A stretch of 64,000 nucleotides of DNA from a virus: positions 64,001 to 128,000 of IMG/VR virus record IMGVR_UViG_3300042924_004713. The stretch is one strand, 5' to 3'. The position numbers and the translations under genes are program-made. This document shows, piece after piece, positions 35,289-45,396 of this stretch. The notes under the pieces are model-generated. The model was not told where the DNA came from and made no database searches. It was given only the letters and a program-made list of their open reading frames with translations. The first letter of the stretch is position 1, and every line of letters starts with the position of its first letter.

Positions 35289-36300
35289 CTCTTATACCAG
35301 TTGGCAACCACTGCGTGAATGCATTGTTGGTCGTGCGTATGATCCAGATTACTTTGACTTTATTGACAACGCTCAGGTGAGACATCAACTCCAGCAGATA
35401 TTACAAGAAACCGCAGAAGATCTTGACAATCTACAGCGAACAATTGAAAGCTATGGTGCCAAAGTGTATAGACCAGAACTGCCTGATCGTGACTGGTTTC
35501 AGCGTAATCAGATCAGCGATCAAGGTGTGCCATTACCGCCATTAACTCCAAGAGATTGGCAAATCACTCTAGGACAAAAACTTCTACGCATACTGCCTTT
35601 GCCAGAACTCAACACAATATGTGCTCAATATGGACACAGTGTTATTAGTCCACATGGATCCACCTGGGATCCAAACTGTGTTCTAAATGGTGCCAGTGCA
35701 AGTTGCATTGTGAGAGTAGGGCGTGATGTGTTTTTTGACAACAGTGATTTCCTACGTCCAGAACAGACTCGCTGGATTGTGGAAAATGTATTAGGAGATC
35801 AATATCGTATTCACGAAGCTGTTACAGATGGCCACGGTGATGCTGTGTTTGCCATACTCAAACCAGGTGTGATACTCAGTAGCAAACACGATGACAAACT
35901 GGATCTAGCTGGAGACTTTCCTGGATGGGAAGTTTGCAAAATATGGGATAGTAGTATTTGGGCAGCTATGGAAGTTGGCAAGTTCCGTTATGAAGAGTCA
36001 CCAGGAGCATGGTATGTACAAGGTCAAACTCCCACACCAGAATTCACTGAATATGTTAATACCTATCTAAACAAATGGACTGGCTATGTTGCAGAAACTG
36101 TGTTTGATGTAAACTGCTTGGTACTAGATGAATCAAATGTTATCTTTAGTGCATACAACAAAACTGTGTTTGACTTCTGCGAGCGGCATCATATCAATCC
36201 AATCATATGCGAGCTCAGACACAGTTACTTCTGGGATGGTGGTATCAGTTGCTGCACACAAGACATAAATCGTGAAGGCGGTTTAGAATCTTATCTCTAG
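35272..36300 (+). CDS. amidinotransferase (StrB1/AGAT-like)
   Basis: W-x-PLRECIVGR, PRD, GHGD, WDGGISCCT. Confidence 0.85.
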   Translation: MTPLVNSYTSWQPLRECIVGRAYDPDYFDFIDNAQVRHQLQQILQETAEDLDNLQRTIESYGAKVYRPELPDRDWFQRNQISDQGVPLPPLTPRDWQITLGQKLLRILPLPELNTICAQYGHSVISPHGSTWDPNCVLNGASASCIVRVGRDVFFDNSDFLRPEQTRWIVENVLGDQYRIHEAVTDGHGDAVFAILKPGVILSSKHDDKLDLAGDFPGWEVCKIWDSSIWAAMEVGKFRYEESPGAWYVQGQTPTPEFTEYVNTYLNKWTGYVAETVFDVNCLVLDESNVIFSAYNKTVFDFCERHHINPIICELRHSYFWDGGISCCTQDINREGGLESYL

Positions 36301-37790
36301 GTACATACTCGTACGCCGTAAAGTTGTGAAAACTCTCTAGCATCATATCTATCATTGACCATGGGCTTGCCTCTTATGTTTAATGAAGTGTTTAACAACA
36401 TAGGGCATCCAGTCAACAAGTACCATTGTTCTAATAACTGTCTGATCCCTGACCCATCCGCCGGAACCGTTTGTACTCTACTGGTCCCATCAACATGGCA
36501 GATAGCAGGAAAACGGTCAGGATACCTACACTCAGCGACTGACTGCATATAACGGCTAATACGCCACCCAGGGCTGAAATTAAAGTACTCTTCAGCCACT
36601 TCTTCCAATATAACAGGGGCGAAAGGTCTAAACTTTTGTCGTTGTTTAATCGCATTGACTCTATCCTTAATGTCCGAGCCTCTTGGATCGGCCAACAAAC
36701 TACGATTGCCCAGCGCACGTGGGCCAAATTCTGCATGACCTGATGCAACACCTACAATTTGATTTTTAATCAATTCATCCAGCAGTGTTTTAACAGGATA
36801 ATCACCGTTGATAAAATGTCCAAGATATGCATCTTTCCAGTTAAGCCTTTGACCATAACTCAAGGCCGCGGCTCCAAGACTAGCACCAGCATCACCAGGA
36901 TTAGGCATGATCCAGAGTTTGTCAAACATATAGCCCAGTTGATGATTGGCCACACAGTTTAAGGCTACACCGCCGCCGTAACAAAGATTACTCTCGCCTG
37001 TAAGACTGCGGGCAAGTAGTGCAATAGAATGCACCATTTGTTGTGTGAGAGTTTGTACAGCACCTGCCATGTCTTCTGGGTCATAGGGGTACTCGTTGGG
37101 ATCAAGCCCTATGTGCAGATTTCTTAAGAAAGTTGCTGTAGCGGCATCCTCAATCAGTTGCTGTTCCATTTGTTGTGCCACAATATATTTCTTATGACTA
37201 GCATAGGCGCTCATGCCCATGGTCACATATTCATCCTCCATGGGTTTTAGACCAATGTGTTTGGTCACTGCGGAATAAAACAAGCCAACTGAATGAGGAT
37301 ATAAGTGACGCCATACACGTCGGTACTGTGCCCGACCATTCTGATCATAACTGGCATGATAGATGGAAATTGTGTCTAGTTCTCCAATAGCGTCAATCAC
37401 AACCACGGCTGCACTGTCAAAGCTTGACGTTTGAAATGCTGCCGCTGCATGACTAAGATGATGTGGATAATTCACAAGCACAGGTGAATGTTTGTTCAAC
37501 CAACCTGGTGGCAACAACTCACGTAGTCTTCCTCGAAGTGTCCATGCAGTGAGATTATTTTGTCCGCTGATCAACTGTTGAACATTGTGTAACCATGGAC
37601 GTTCATAGAAAGCCACTGTGTGAATATCATAGTCCTTGATATCACGCAGCATGTCAGGACTTATGCCGGCATCATTTTTCAGTTTGCTAAAGCGTTCACT
37701 GTGAGCAGCAAACACTATGTCGCCTTGACCGTCGACTACGGCAATAGCACCGTCGTGAAAACCTGCACTTACTCCTAGTATGTGTTTCAT
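36297..37790 (-). CDS. NodU/CmcH/TobZ family carbamoyltransferase
   Basis: HHLSHAA, GGVALNC, EFGPRALGNRS, FRPFAP, LNTSLN. Confidence 0.95.
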   Translation of the reverse strand: MKHILGVSAGFHDGAIAVVDGQGDIVFAAHSERFSKLKNDAGISPDMLRDIKDYDIHTVAFYERPWLHNVQQLISGQNNLTAWTLRGRLRELLPPGWLNKHSPVLVNYPHHLSHAAAAFQTSSFDSAAVVVIDAIGELDTISIYHASYDQNGRAQYRRVWRHLYPHSVGLFYSAVTKHIGLKPMEDEYVTMGMSAYASHKKYIVAQQMEQQLIEDAATATFLRNLHIGLDPNEYPYDPEDMAGAVQTLTQQMVHSIALLARSLTGESNLCYGGGVALNCVANHQLGYMFDKLWIMPNPGDAGASLGAAALSYGQRLNWKDAYLGHFINGDYPVKTLLDELIKNQIVGVASGHAEFGPRALGNRSLLADPRGSDIKDRVNAIKQRQKFRPFAPVILEEVAEEYFNFSPGWRISRYMQSVAECRYPDRFPAICHVDGTSRVQTVPADGSGIRQLLEQWYLLTGCPMLLNTSLNIRGKPMVNDRYDAREFSQLYGVRVCT

Positions 37791-37918
37791 TCTGGTTTTA
37801 ACCAACTAAGCATGCCCCAATACGCTACGACCACCATGAGAAAACCTATCCAGTCGCCTAGACGTATTGAAGCCAGGATCGCAAAGTAAAAATACAGGTT
37901 AAGGAAGAAAAAGTTCAT
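37787..37918 (-). CDS. small membrane protein (43 aa, MNFFFLNLYFYF...)
   Basis: Manual translation; ATGA-coupled on both sides. Confidence 0.6.
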   Translation of the reverse strand: MNFFFLNLYFYFAILASIRLGDWIGFLMVVVAYWGMLSWLKPE

Positions 37919-38016
37919 TTGTATATAAATGGATCACGTTTTCTTAGTTCACGTAGTTTTTTGCGATATCTAATTTCAAGCAGCAATCTTTTCCATGCAG
38001 TGACTATCCACTTCAT
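37915..38016 (-). CDS. small basic peptide (33 aa, ...RKKLRELRKRDPFIYK)
   Basis: Manual translation; ATGA-coupled on both sides. Confidence 0.7.
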   Translation of the reverse strand: MKWIVTAWKRLLLEIRYRKKLRELRKRDPFIYK

Positions 38017-39071
38017 ACCTGTCCCTTTGATGAATGATCGTAACCTGGACGTAGTTGTGCAATCTGTTGTTGCTTGTAATCAGAGTCGGTCCAACAATAA
38101 TCATACTCACCAACTACCCCGTCAACTTCTACTCTAAACACATCAAGATGGTCACTTAGAGTTGGCCATATTTTCTGATAATCCTTGCTGCCAAAGCTTG
38201 CCTGCAGATCAACGCTGGCTATTGGCAAGTATCCAAGACTGAGTTTGGGATCACGATAGTCAAGACCATTTGATTCTAACCACTCATAAAAGCCATCTAC
38301 TTCAAATCGCCACCAATCATGAGAGTCATAACGTATATCGTTGCCCCATTCTATGTCAAACTCACCGCTGTAGTATTCTAGATGTGTAATGGCTTCGCAT
38401 ACTGTTTGTGTTAGTTCGGGTGCACCTTCATCACGATAAACTTCAAACAGTGTTTTGCCAATCTGTGCCCAATGCATATATACCTCGCCTAGATGTCGAT
38501 CATAACAATCTATGCTCCAGGGTCTACGATGCTGCTCTTGTAGTTGGTATCTTGGTGCGTTGAGCCAGGTATTGATCTGACTCAGGCGTACCCATTCAGG
38601 TGCTGTGCGTTCTCTTAATTTGCTGAGCACAAGACTCTCAAGTTCATGGCACACTGTGTTCAGCTGACGTATAGCATACTTGGTTTCGTAGTCAGCACGC
38701 CTATAGTAATCACTGAGATGATTAACAGTGCCTTGTAAGATTTCAAAATGATTATGAACTTGATTTAGTATAGTTTTGTCAACTATAAGTTCTGAAGCAC
38801 TCACACGATCACTGATATGATAGTCGAGGTCGCTGTGATTAATCGTGTCCACGGCTGAGTTGAGTTCATCGCACAGATAATCAAGACTACGAGCTCCGTT
38901 GGGGAAGCCCATGAAACAAAAGTTTTTTTCAATTTTATTGTTTTTGAGCAAAATCTTGAGTGCATCAATCCAGTCACGTGCCAAGAGTGTGTCATGGACC
39001 CGGATGATCACTTCCACAGTGCTGCTCTTTTGCACTGGATTTCGTAAAATCATTTTAACTAGAGATGTCAT
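38013..39071 (-). CDS. hypothetical protein
   Basis: Long ORF within the operon. Confidence 0.8.
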   Translation of the reverse strand: MTSLVKMILRNPVQKSSTVEVIIRVHDTLLARDWIDALKILLKNNKIEKNFCFMGFPNGARSLDYLCDELNSAVDTINHSDLDYHISDRVSASELIVDKTILNQVHNHFEILQGTVNHLSDYYRRADYETKYAIRQLNTVCHELESLVLSKLRERTAPEWVRLSQINTWLNAPRYQLQEQHRRPWSIDCYDRHLGEVYMHWAQIGKTLFEVYRDEGAPELTQTVCEAITHLEYYSGEFDIEWGNDIRYDSHDWWRFEVDGFYEWLESNGLDYRDPKLSLGYLPIASVDLQASFGSKDYQKIWPTLSDHLDVFRVEVDGVVGEYDYCWTDSDYKQQQIAQLRPGYDHSSKGQV

Positions 39072-40365
39072 GCCACCATGCCTCTAACACTGGATTCTGT
39101 TTGACTATGTCTGCCATGATCAATTTATCTTTACGTATTTTCTCTAATTGTAACACAGTTTGCCGACCTTTTTGCACAGCATCTGGATAAACGTCGGGCC
39201 ATGTTTCTTCAAAAGTTGGACGTTCAAGAAGTTGTTGCAGCAAATCACGCATCACTGTGGTTTGACATTGAGCCAACAAAGGCCGTACTATTGCATCAAG
39301 CGCAGGCCTAGGCAGAATCAAAGGACTCCAGATGTTATCTGGTGTAAAAGCAAACACGGTTTTGGCAAGCAAGCCACAGCCAAGTTCCTTGGCCAACTGT
39401 TCAATAGCCAAGACTTCAGTCAAGCCAGGTAGAGTAAGAGTGAAATCTATGCGCATCTGTCTGGCATGCTTTGCATAACTCATTCCTTCTTTGAAATTTT
39501 GTAGCCATGTTTGATAATCAAGACCGTATCTAATATATTCTCCGACACTGCCGGTTCCGTCGAGGCTAGCGCAGATTTGCCAGTCTCTAACCTTCGCCAA
39601 AATGTCTTTGAAAAGACCAACGCCAAGATGATTAATCCTGCTAAGATTTGTATTATACCTTGCGTAAACACTGGGACCGTCTCCTAGTTCAATAATGCGC
39701 TGCATGTACCGCCAGTGTTGCTCGTACATCAAGGGTTCGCCGCCTACCCAATAGACTTCTTCCACACGGTGTTGTTCTACTGCATCAGAGAATTCTTGTT
39801 CTATTACACTGTCTTGAAATGCAGTGATTTGTTTTTTGATTTCTGGACGCATCCAGTGGTTACGGTTGTCAGTCCAGTCCACAAGATCATGCTGTTTGCG
39901 CTCACTTTCCCATGCACTGCTCAACATGTCTCCACACATACGGCATTTAAAATTGCATAGGTTGGTAAATCTATAGTCCCAACTAACTGGCTGCATGGTT
40001 GTGGCACCTGATTCGTCAGTGGAGCTCTGTACTTCAGGCCATTTGTGCGCAAACAAATGATTAAAATAGTCACGATAAACATCAGTGTTCAATAATTTGT
40101 TGTTGCACACTTCACATTCAGGCAGTGTTTCACCTGCTAACATGCGACGACGCACACTGCGCATGTGGTCTCCATTCCAGTGTTGTTCAAGCGTAATGGG
40201 TATGTAACGACCGGTGCCTGCTGCTGTGTCAATATACTGTTGAAAATTCTGTGCAGGTTCACGACTGGCACAACACATTCTACGTTCGGTCTGCGGTGAC
40301 AGATACGTGTGTGTCCAAGGTGCCATGCACAAAGTATCAGGCTTAGGAGTAGTCAACTGGGCCAT
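39055..40365 (-). CDS. N-terminal twitch/SPASM radical SAM protein
   Basis: CMAPW...CC...CEVC followed by CNFKCRMC and GGEP. Confidence 0.88.
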   Translation of the reverse strand: MAQLTTPKPDTLCMAPWTHTYLSPQTERRMCCASREPAQNFQQYIDTAAGTGRYIPITLEQHWNGDHMRSVRRRMLAGETLPECEVCNNKLLNTDVYRDYFNHLFAHKWPEVQSSTDESGATTMQPVSWDYRFTNLCNFKCRMCGDMLSSAWESERKQHDLVDWTDNRNHWMRPEIKKQITAFQDSVIEQEFSDAVEQHRVEEVYWVGGEPLMYEQHWRYMQRIIELGDGPSVYARYNTNLSRINHLGVGLFKDILAKVRDWQICASLDGTGSVGEYIRYGLDYQTWLQNFKEGMSYAKHARQMRIDFTLTLPGLTEVLAIEQLAKELGCGLLAKTVFAFTPDNIWSPLILPRPALDAIVRPLLAQCQTTVMRDLLQQLLERPTFEETWPDVYPDAVQKGRQTVLQLEKIRKDKLIMADIVKQNPVLEAWWHDISS

Positions 40366-41578
40366 CGTAGTTTATGATATATGCTAGATCAGGACAAGCG
40401 TCTGCAAGATTCTGTTGTCGTACAGTGTCTAATCTGCTGATCTCGTAGGTCAAGGTACCGCCTTTACCTACACCCATCCAACCTTCTTTGGCTCGCATAA
40501 ACGCAATGATGTTCTTACGATCTTCTGCATAGGGATGATCTATACGTTCTCTTAACAGTTGACTGATAATTCGTTCTTTGATGGCTTCCACAACATTTTG
40601 CACACACCATACTGGTGAATCGTGTAGATAATTCCAATAAACAAAGTCCCAAGGAAAGGATGCTGCCCACTGAGCTATGGTATTAAAGTATAGAACGTTC
40701 CAAATGCTAATGGTACAGCAGAGTTGCAACTGAATATTAGAGCTGGCTTCTCTTAGTTGTCTAAACTTTTCTAGGTTGTTCATTACCTCTGGCCACTTGG
40801 CACCTGTGCGCTGATATTCAAATCGTTGACCTATGTCATCAATGCTGAGTGCAATTTCTACTAATTTAAAATGGGGCCAGAGTTCTACGCCTTGTTCTGG
40901 ATAGTGTGTGCCATTGGTGTTGTAGTGTATTTCAATATTGTGTGCCAAACCACGATCTACAAGAGTCTGCAAAAAGTCAAAGTGTTCTTGAATCATAAAT
41001 GGCTCACCGCCCGTGAATTCAAGATACCGTATCTGTTCAGCAAATTCATCTAACTGCTGCCAGAACACAGTGCTTTCTTTGGGCCATCGACCTTCTCTCA
41101 ACATTTTGTACGCATAGGTTTGCTTACGGTCCAAGGTCATTATTTGACCAACCTCTTCACTGGCAAATGTACTACTACTCCATGGCCCACATATTCTACA
41201 CTTGAGATTACAGATGTTGCCTAGTTTAAGATCTAAAAAAATTAGATCATTGGCATCTTCTGTCCATGTCATGTCTGTGATTAAGTGTTTTAATCGCTCC
41301 AGTGTGTGTTGTCGTTTGGAGGTTCCTCCACTGGCTTCAACTGACCAACAACGCTCACACGTGGCCGGAAGTTCACCTGCAATGAATGCACGTCGGAGTT
41401 CGCGCATGTGACTGCTATCTCGTATTTGATCGAAGGTCGCAGAGGTAAGTTGGTATTTGTCATTGTGTTCATCTACTATTTCATCCTTGGCCAAACAACA
41501 TGGGCGTACAGTACCAATTGGGCTGGTTTCCAAACTTACCCATGGCAGTATACAAAAAGTTTTATTGGGCAGTGTCAT
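40343..41578 (-). CDS. N-terminal twitch/SPASM radical SAM protein
   Basis: CILPW...PCC...CERC followed by CNLKCRIC and GGEP. Confidence 0.88.
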   Translation of the reverse strand: MTLPNKTFCILPWVSLETSPIGTVRPCCLAKDEIVDEHNDKYQLTSATFDQIRDSSHMRELRRAFIAGELPATCERCWSVEASGGTSKRQHTLERLKHLITDMTWTEDANDLIFLDLKLGNICNLKCRICGPWSSSTFASEEVGQIMTLDRKQTYAYKMLREGRWPKESTVFWQQLDEFAEQIRYLEFTGGEPFMIQEHFDFLQTLVDRGLAHNIEIHYNTNGTHYPEQGVELWPHFKLVEIALSIDDIGQRFEYQRTGAKWPEVMNNLEKFRQLREASSNIQLQLCCTISIWNVLYFNTIAQWAASFPWDFVYWNYLHDSPVWCVQNVVEAIKERIISQLLRERIDHPYAEDRKNIIAFMRAKEGWMGVGKGGTLTYEISRLDTVRQQNLADACPDLAYIINYDGPVDYS

Positions 41579-42858
41579 AGATCTTGCAGTTCGGGTAACA
41601 CGGATAACATGCTCTCTCCACGAATCTCGTCTAGTTGTTGAGACTTAGCCCAAAACTCAGGCAATTTTTCGCTGTTGTCTCTACTGTCCATAAAAGTTAT
41701 AGCACTTTCAAATCCTTGACTTGCACGTTTAAAGGGATCCAAAGGCTGTAACCATTCGATGTGTTCACGAAACTTGGCACGCAGCTGATCTTTATATCGC
41801 GCACTGGCCACATCTATTCTATAGTGCGGAGGATCTTGCAGAATGTTTACGTTTAGGTCTTGAGCTCTGATCAACCCTCGACTTACCCAATCACGGTGAA
41901 AGTCTGGCAGATGCCAGGCATTCATTAAACTTAGAGTAGGACTTATGTAAAAGTCAACATTGGGGCATATCTCTAGCATGCGTTCACGATTGCGTTCAAC
42001 TGTGTCCCAGTCTGTGCCTTTGCGAATGTATTCTGCTCGTTCGCCCATGGCATCAAGGCTAGCACCCACACTCACTGAATCAAAACGTCGCCAATAGTCA
42101 AAAACTGATCTTGATTTGAGTTTGGTCTGCGTAAAGTTAGTGTTGTAGATCAGTCTTACATCAAACCTACCTCTGCGCTCCAACTCTTCAAGAATGTTAT
42201 AATGCTCCTCCATCATGAGTGGCTCACCGCCAGCAAAGTAAATTTGTTCTACATAGTCAAGATGCGGTAACAATTGTTCCCACATGTCGGTTTCAGTACG
42301 TCCCGCATAGTTCATAGCTGGAAATAGTTTGCCCCACTCAGGTCCTGCTAGCTTGACTTGATCAGCATACCAACTACTGGAAAATATAAAACCGCAGCTA
42401 CGACATCTTAAATTACAGAGATTACTAAAACGTATATCCCAGTATGTCATTTCAAATCTGTCAAGCCGGCCAGTTGAATCTGTTTCATCAACACGATTGA
42501 TATGATGACCATGATGCTTGTTGGCTGCTTGTCGTCCGCTCATGAAACCGGTTTTTTCCTGTTCATAGCATCTTACACACCCTGCGCTTTCACGTTCTTC
42601 TAACATGTTCTGGCGCAGATTGCGCATTGGAGCTTGATTCCAAATTTCTTTTAATGTGTTCTTTTTACAGTGTCCTACTGATTGCCACATGGTGCTGTGA
42701 CAGCACGGATGCGCTTCACCAGTTGGATAGGTATGCAAATGTATCCATGGATAGATACAAAAAGTTTTACTCTCGGTTAGCAGGAACTTTTGACGATCTG
42801 TTAGAGAATCAAAATTTATCTTGACAGGGCGAGGATCGTTGTAGTCAGATTTGGTCAT
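41575..42858 (-). CDS. N-terminal twitch/SPASM radical SAM protein
   Basis: CIYPW...PCC...CVRC followed by CNLRCRSC and GGEP. Confidence 0.88.
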   Translation of the reverse strand: MTKSDYNDPRPVKINFDSLTDRQKFLLTESKTFCIYPWIHLHTYPTGEAHPCCHSTMWQSVGHCKKNTLKEIWNQAPMRNLRQNMLEERESAGCVRCYEQEKTGFMSGRQAANKHHGHHINRVDETDSTGRLDRFEMTYWDIRFSNLCNLRCRSCGFIFSSSWYADQVKLAGPEWGKLFPAMNYAGRTETDMWEQLLPHLDYVEQIYFAGGEPLMMEEHYNILEELERRGRFDVRLIYNTNFTQTKLKSRSVFDYWRRFDSVSVGASLDAMGERAEYIRKGTDWDTVERNRERMLEICPNVDFYISPTLSLMNAWHLPDFHRDWVSRGLIRAQDLNVNILQDPPHYRIDVASARYKDQLRAKFREHIEWLQPLDPFKRASQGFESAITFMDSRDNSEKLPEFWAKSQQLDEIRGESMLSVLPELQDL

Positions 42859-44179
42859 ACCATTGTCCTATTTCTTTAAAAGTTTCTGCAAAGTTTTTTC
42901 CTCGTCTTGTATCATACTGTTGATAGAAACGTTTGAAATCTTGCCTTAATACAGGCAAATCAAAAGCTTCGCTGTGTGGAGTTTTAACTACGTCAAGGTA
43001 ATCAATCAAACGTTGCACATGATTGCGTTCATGTGGCTGTAGGAAAACGTGACGATCAAATGTATTTAACCATGACTGCAACTGATCGCGGTACTTGGTG
43101 CGTAGATAATCAGGTAGTACCAAGGGACTTTGAAAACTTGGAAAACGCAGTATGTTTAGTGTGAAATTAGGAAAGTCTGCGCCGTATTGACTTTTCCAAG
43201 TCAACATCAGTGTAAGGAACTCTGGCAAACTTTCTAAACACAATGCATTGACTGTACACATCATGTGCAGTCCACGTAGTTGATCATGATGATTTTGAAT
43301 AATATGTTCTACTTTAGTAACCCAATCATTCCATTCAAGACCGTCACGAATGTATTCAGCGTGTGCGCCCATGCTTTCGTTACTGGTATAAAGATCTATA
43401 GGAGCATCAATACTAGCAAACAGCCTATCTATGTCAACCTGACTGCCTAGGTTGCTGTTGATTGCCAGTCTGGTCTTGCTCCGACCTTTATTGTGTTTGA
43501 ACCAATCTAATAACTTCCAGGTATACCCAGACATCAAAGGCTCACCGCCGGTGATACGTAGTTCGTCAAGTGTTAGGTGTAGGTCAGATTCCCACCAGGA
43601 GAAAAAGGCGTCCACGTAAGGATTGCTTTCACCGAATCTATAAAGTTGAGCGCCAGCGTGATCATGAGTGAAATGATTGCGACCGTCGCTTGCCAGTCCC
43701 ACATAGGGCCCATTTTGATGTATGTCGCGTACCCATGTGCTGCTAAAGGCGGGATTGCAATAACTACAAGCAAATTGACAAGTACGATCAAAACTAATCT
43801 CCAGAGTTCGGAGATTGATATCTTCCGTGATTGGTGCGTGCTGTGCATAGGTTATGTCCTCTATGGTGTAAATTTTGGACTTGTATACACGATCACTTAC
43901 AGCATCGCGTCCCATGTCCTCTATTTTCCAACAATATTCGCATCCTGCTGGACGTTGGCCACGTTGCATCTTCTCGCGGTCTTGTTTTTTCTGTGGCGTA
44001 TTGTGCAGTAACTTAGGGTTAGCACGGACATTATCAGTGTCCACTAAATGAGCAGGCGGGTGGTGACATGATGTGGTCATGCCTGAACCCAGCCAAATGG
44101 TTGCATTGTACCACTTTGCTGCACAAAAACTTTGAGAAATAGGATCAAGTATCCTATTCTTGAATTCTAAATCATTCAT
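42845..44179 (-). CDS. N-terminal twitch radical SAM protein
   Basis: CAAKW...SCHHPP...CEYCW followed by CQFACSYC and GGEP. Confidence 0.88.
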   Translation of the reverse strand: MNDLEFKNRILDPISQSFCAAKWYNATIWLGSGMTTSCHHPPAHLVDTDNVRANPKLLHNTPQKKQDREKMQRGQRPAGCEYCWKIEDMGRDAVSDRVYKSKIYTIEDITYAQHAPITEDINLRTLEISFDRTCQFACSYCNPAFSSTWVRDIHQNGPYVGLASDGRNHFTHDHAGAQLYRFGESNPYVDAFFSWWESDLHLTLDELRITGGEPLMSGYTWKLLDWFKHNKGRSKTRLAINSNLGSQVDIDRLFASIDAPIDLYTSNESMGAHAEYIRDGLEWNDWVTKVEHIIQNHHDQLRGLHMMCTVNALCLESLPEFLTLMLTWKSQYGADFPNFTLNILRFPSFQSPLVLPDYLRTKYRDQLQSWLNTFDRHVFLQPHERNHVQRLIDYLDVVKTPHSEAFDLPVLRQDFKRFYQQYDTRRGKNFAETFKEIGQWYDQI

Positions 44180-45333
44180 CTTGTCAGTTTGTTGTCTCTT
44201 ATAAACTGTATAAATCTTTCAGGAAACTCTTGTCGAACTTTTTCTCGCATGTTCCATAGGTGTTTTTGATTATACTCGCAAACAGGTCTTGCTGCTGCTA
44301 AAAAGTCTTTGAGATTCGCTGTACTCTTGCAAAGATCTACAACAATATCTCTTATTCGTGTGATTCGATCCATGTCATTGTCAATAGTGTCAAATGTTTC
44401 ATCAATGATATGATCAAATGTGCGAAAACCCAAGCTACGCATATCTCTGTAATAACCAACATTGGCGACCGCTATCCATGGGTGCCCAATGGCAATTGGT
44501 TTCCAAATTTTTTCAGTTCTAAAACTATATGGATAGCTAAACACAGTTTCAGTTACCAGACTAAAGTAAGTATCAATATAAGGCTTAGGCTCTATATAAA
44601 TCTCGCCCCACTCTAATTTGTTGTTAAAATCAAAAAGTTGATCTTTTACAAAACCAGGTACTAGATCAGATTTTAAATTTTTACGATACCTGTCAACTTC
44701 ATATTGCTCTGGTAGCAATTGAACTGGTATTGTTTCTGCTACTAAATCTACTCCATTATGAATAAGTTTAAGGTCTTGTGTTCTCCCTGCGAATGTATCC
44801 AAGTTAGTCCACAAGCTTTGATCCAACAGCCCGGATAATTTAAAACTTTGCAACAAATATTTTCTATGAGGTCTACTCCGTCCATTCAAAAACAAAAATT
44901 TATAAGGTTTGTCTGTTGTATTGTAAATGTCATCGGTGTACTCGTACACATTTTTATTTTTTGGCACGTCAAAAATTTGAGGCAAAAAACTTTCATATTG
45001 CAAATGATTAAATTGCGATTCTATATCGCCGCCACCTATTAACAGCATCCGACCTTGAACATTGTATTCTTTCAGCCCCAACTCAGTGACTTGCCATTTA
45101 AGTGTATCTGCGCCTTCAGTGGGATTACTGACTATGATAAAGGACTTACCGCTTTCAATTGTTTCTCTAACTTTGTCAATGTTATGATTTGTCTGTGCTC
45201 GCCCAAGTACATAGATCGCATTTTCAATCAGTGTCTCTTTGCCAAAATCCCAGAATGTTCCATCAGTATACTCTTTGATCAAATCTGTAATCTCTGAGTA
45301 AATATCAACAAATAGTTTTTTTCTACCAATCAT
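44176..45333 (-). CDS. TEK-x-x-KPI family glycosyltransferase-like protein (paralog 3)
   Basis: FLFLNGRSRPHR, TET...FRTEKIWKPI. Confidence 0.6.
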   Translation of the reverse strand: MIGRKKLFVDIYSEITDLIKEYTDGTFWDFGKETLIENAIYVLGRAQTNHNIDKVRETIESGKSFIIVSNPTEGADTLKWQVTELGLKEYNVQGRMLLIGGGDIESQFNHLQYESFLPQIFDVPKNKNVYEYTDDIYNTTDKPYKFLFLNGRSRPHRKYLLQSFKLSGLLDQSLWTNLDTFAGRTQDLKLIHNGVDLVAETIPVQLLPEQYEVDRYRKNLKSDLVPGFVKDQLFDFNNKLEWGEIYIEPKPYIDTYFSLVTETVFSYPYSFRTEKIWKPIAIGHPWIAVANVGYYRDMRSLGFRTFDHIIDETFDTIDNDMDRITRIRDIVVDLCKSTANLKDFLAAARPVCEYNQKHLWNMREKVRQEFPERFIQFIRDNKLTR

Positions 45334-45396
45334 TTGGTGTGCCTTTTGTATTCCTGCCAGAACATCATCTCTGGATTCGTATTCACGGTTTGAATT

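Noticed and set aside
35272-38016. Saxitoxin-like toxin cluster (amidinotransferase plus carbamoyltransferase)
   Set aside because: No SxtA-like PKS or other core genes; the neighbours are sugar-modifying enzymes
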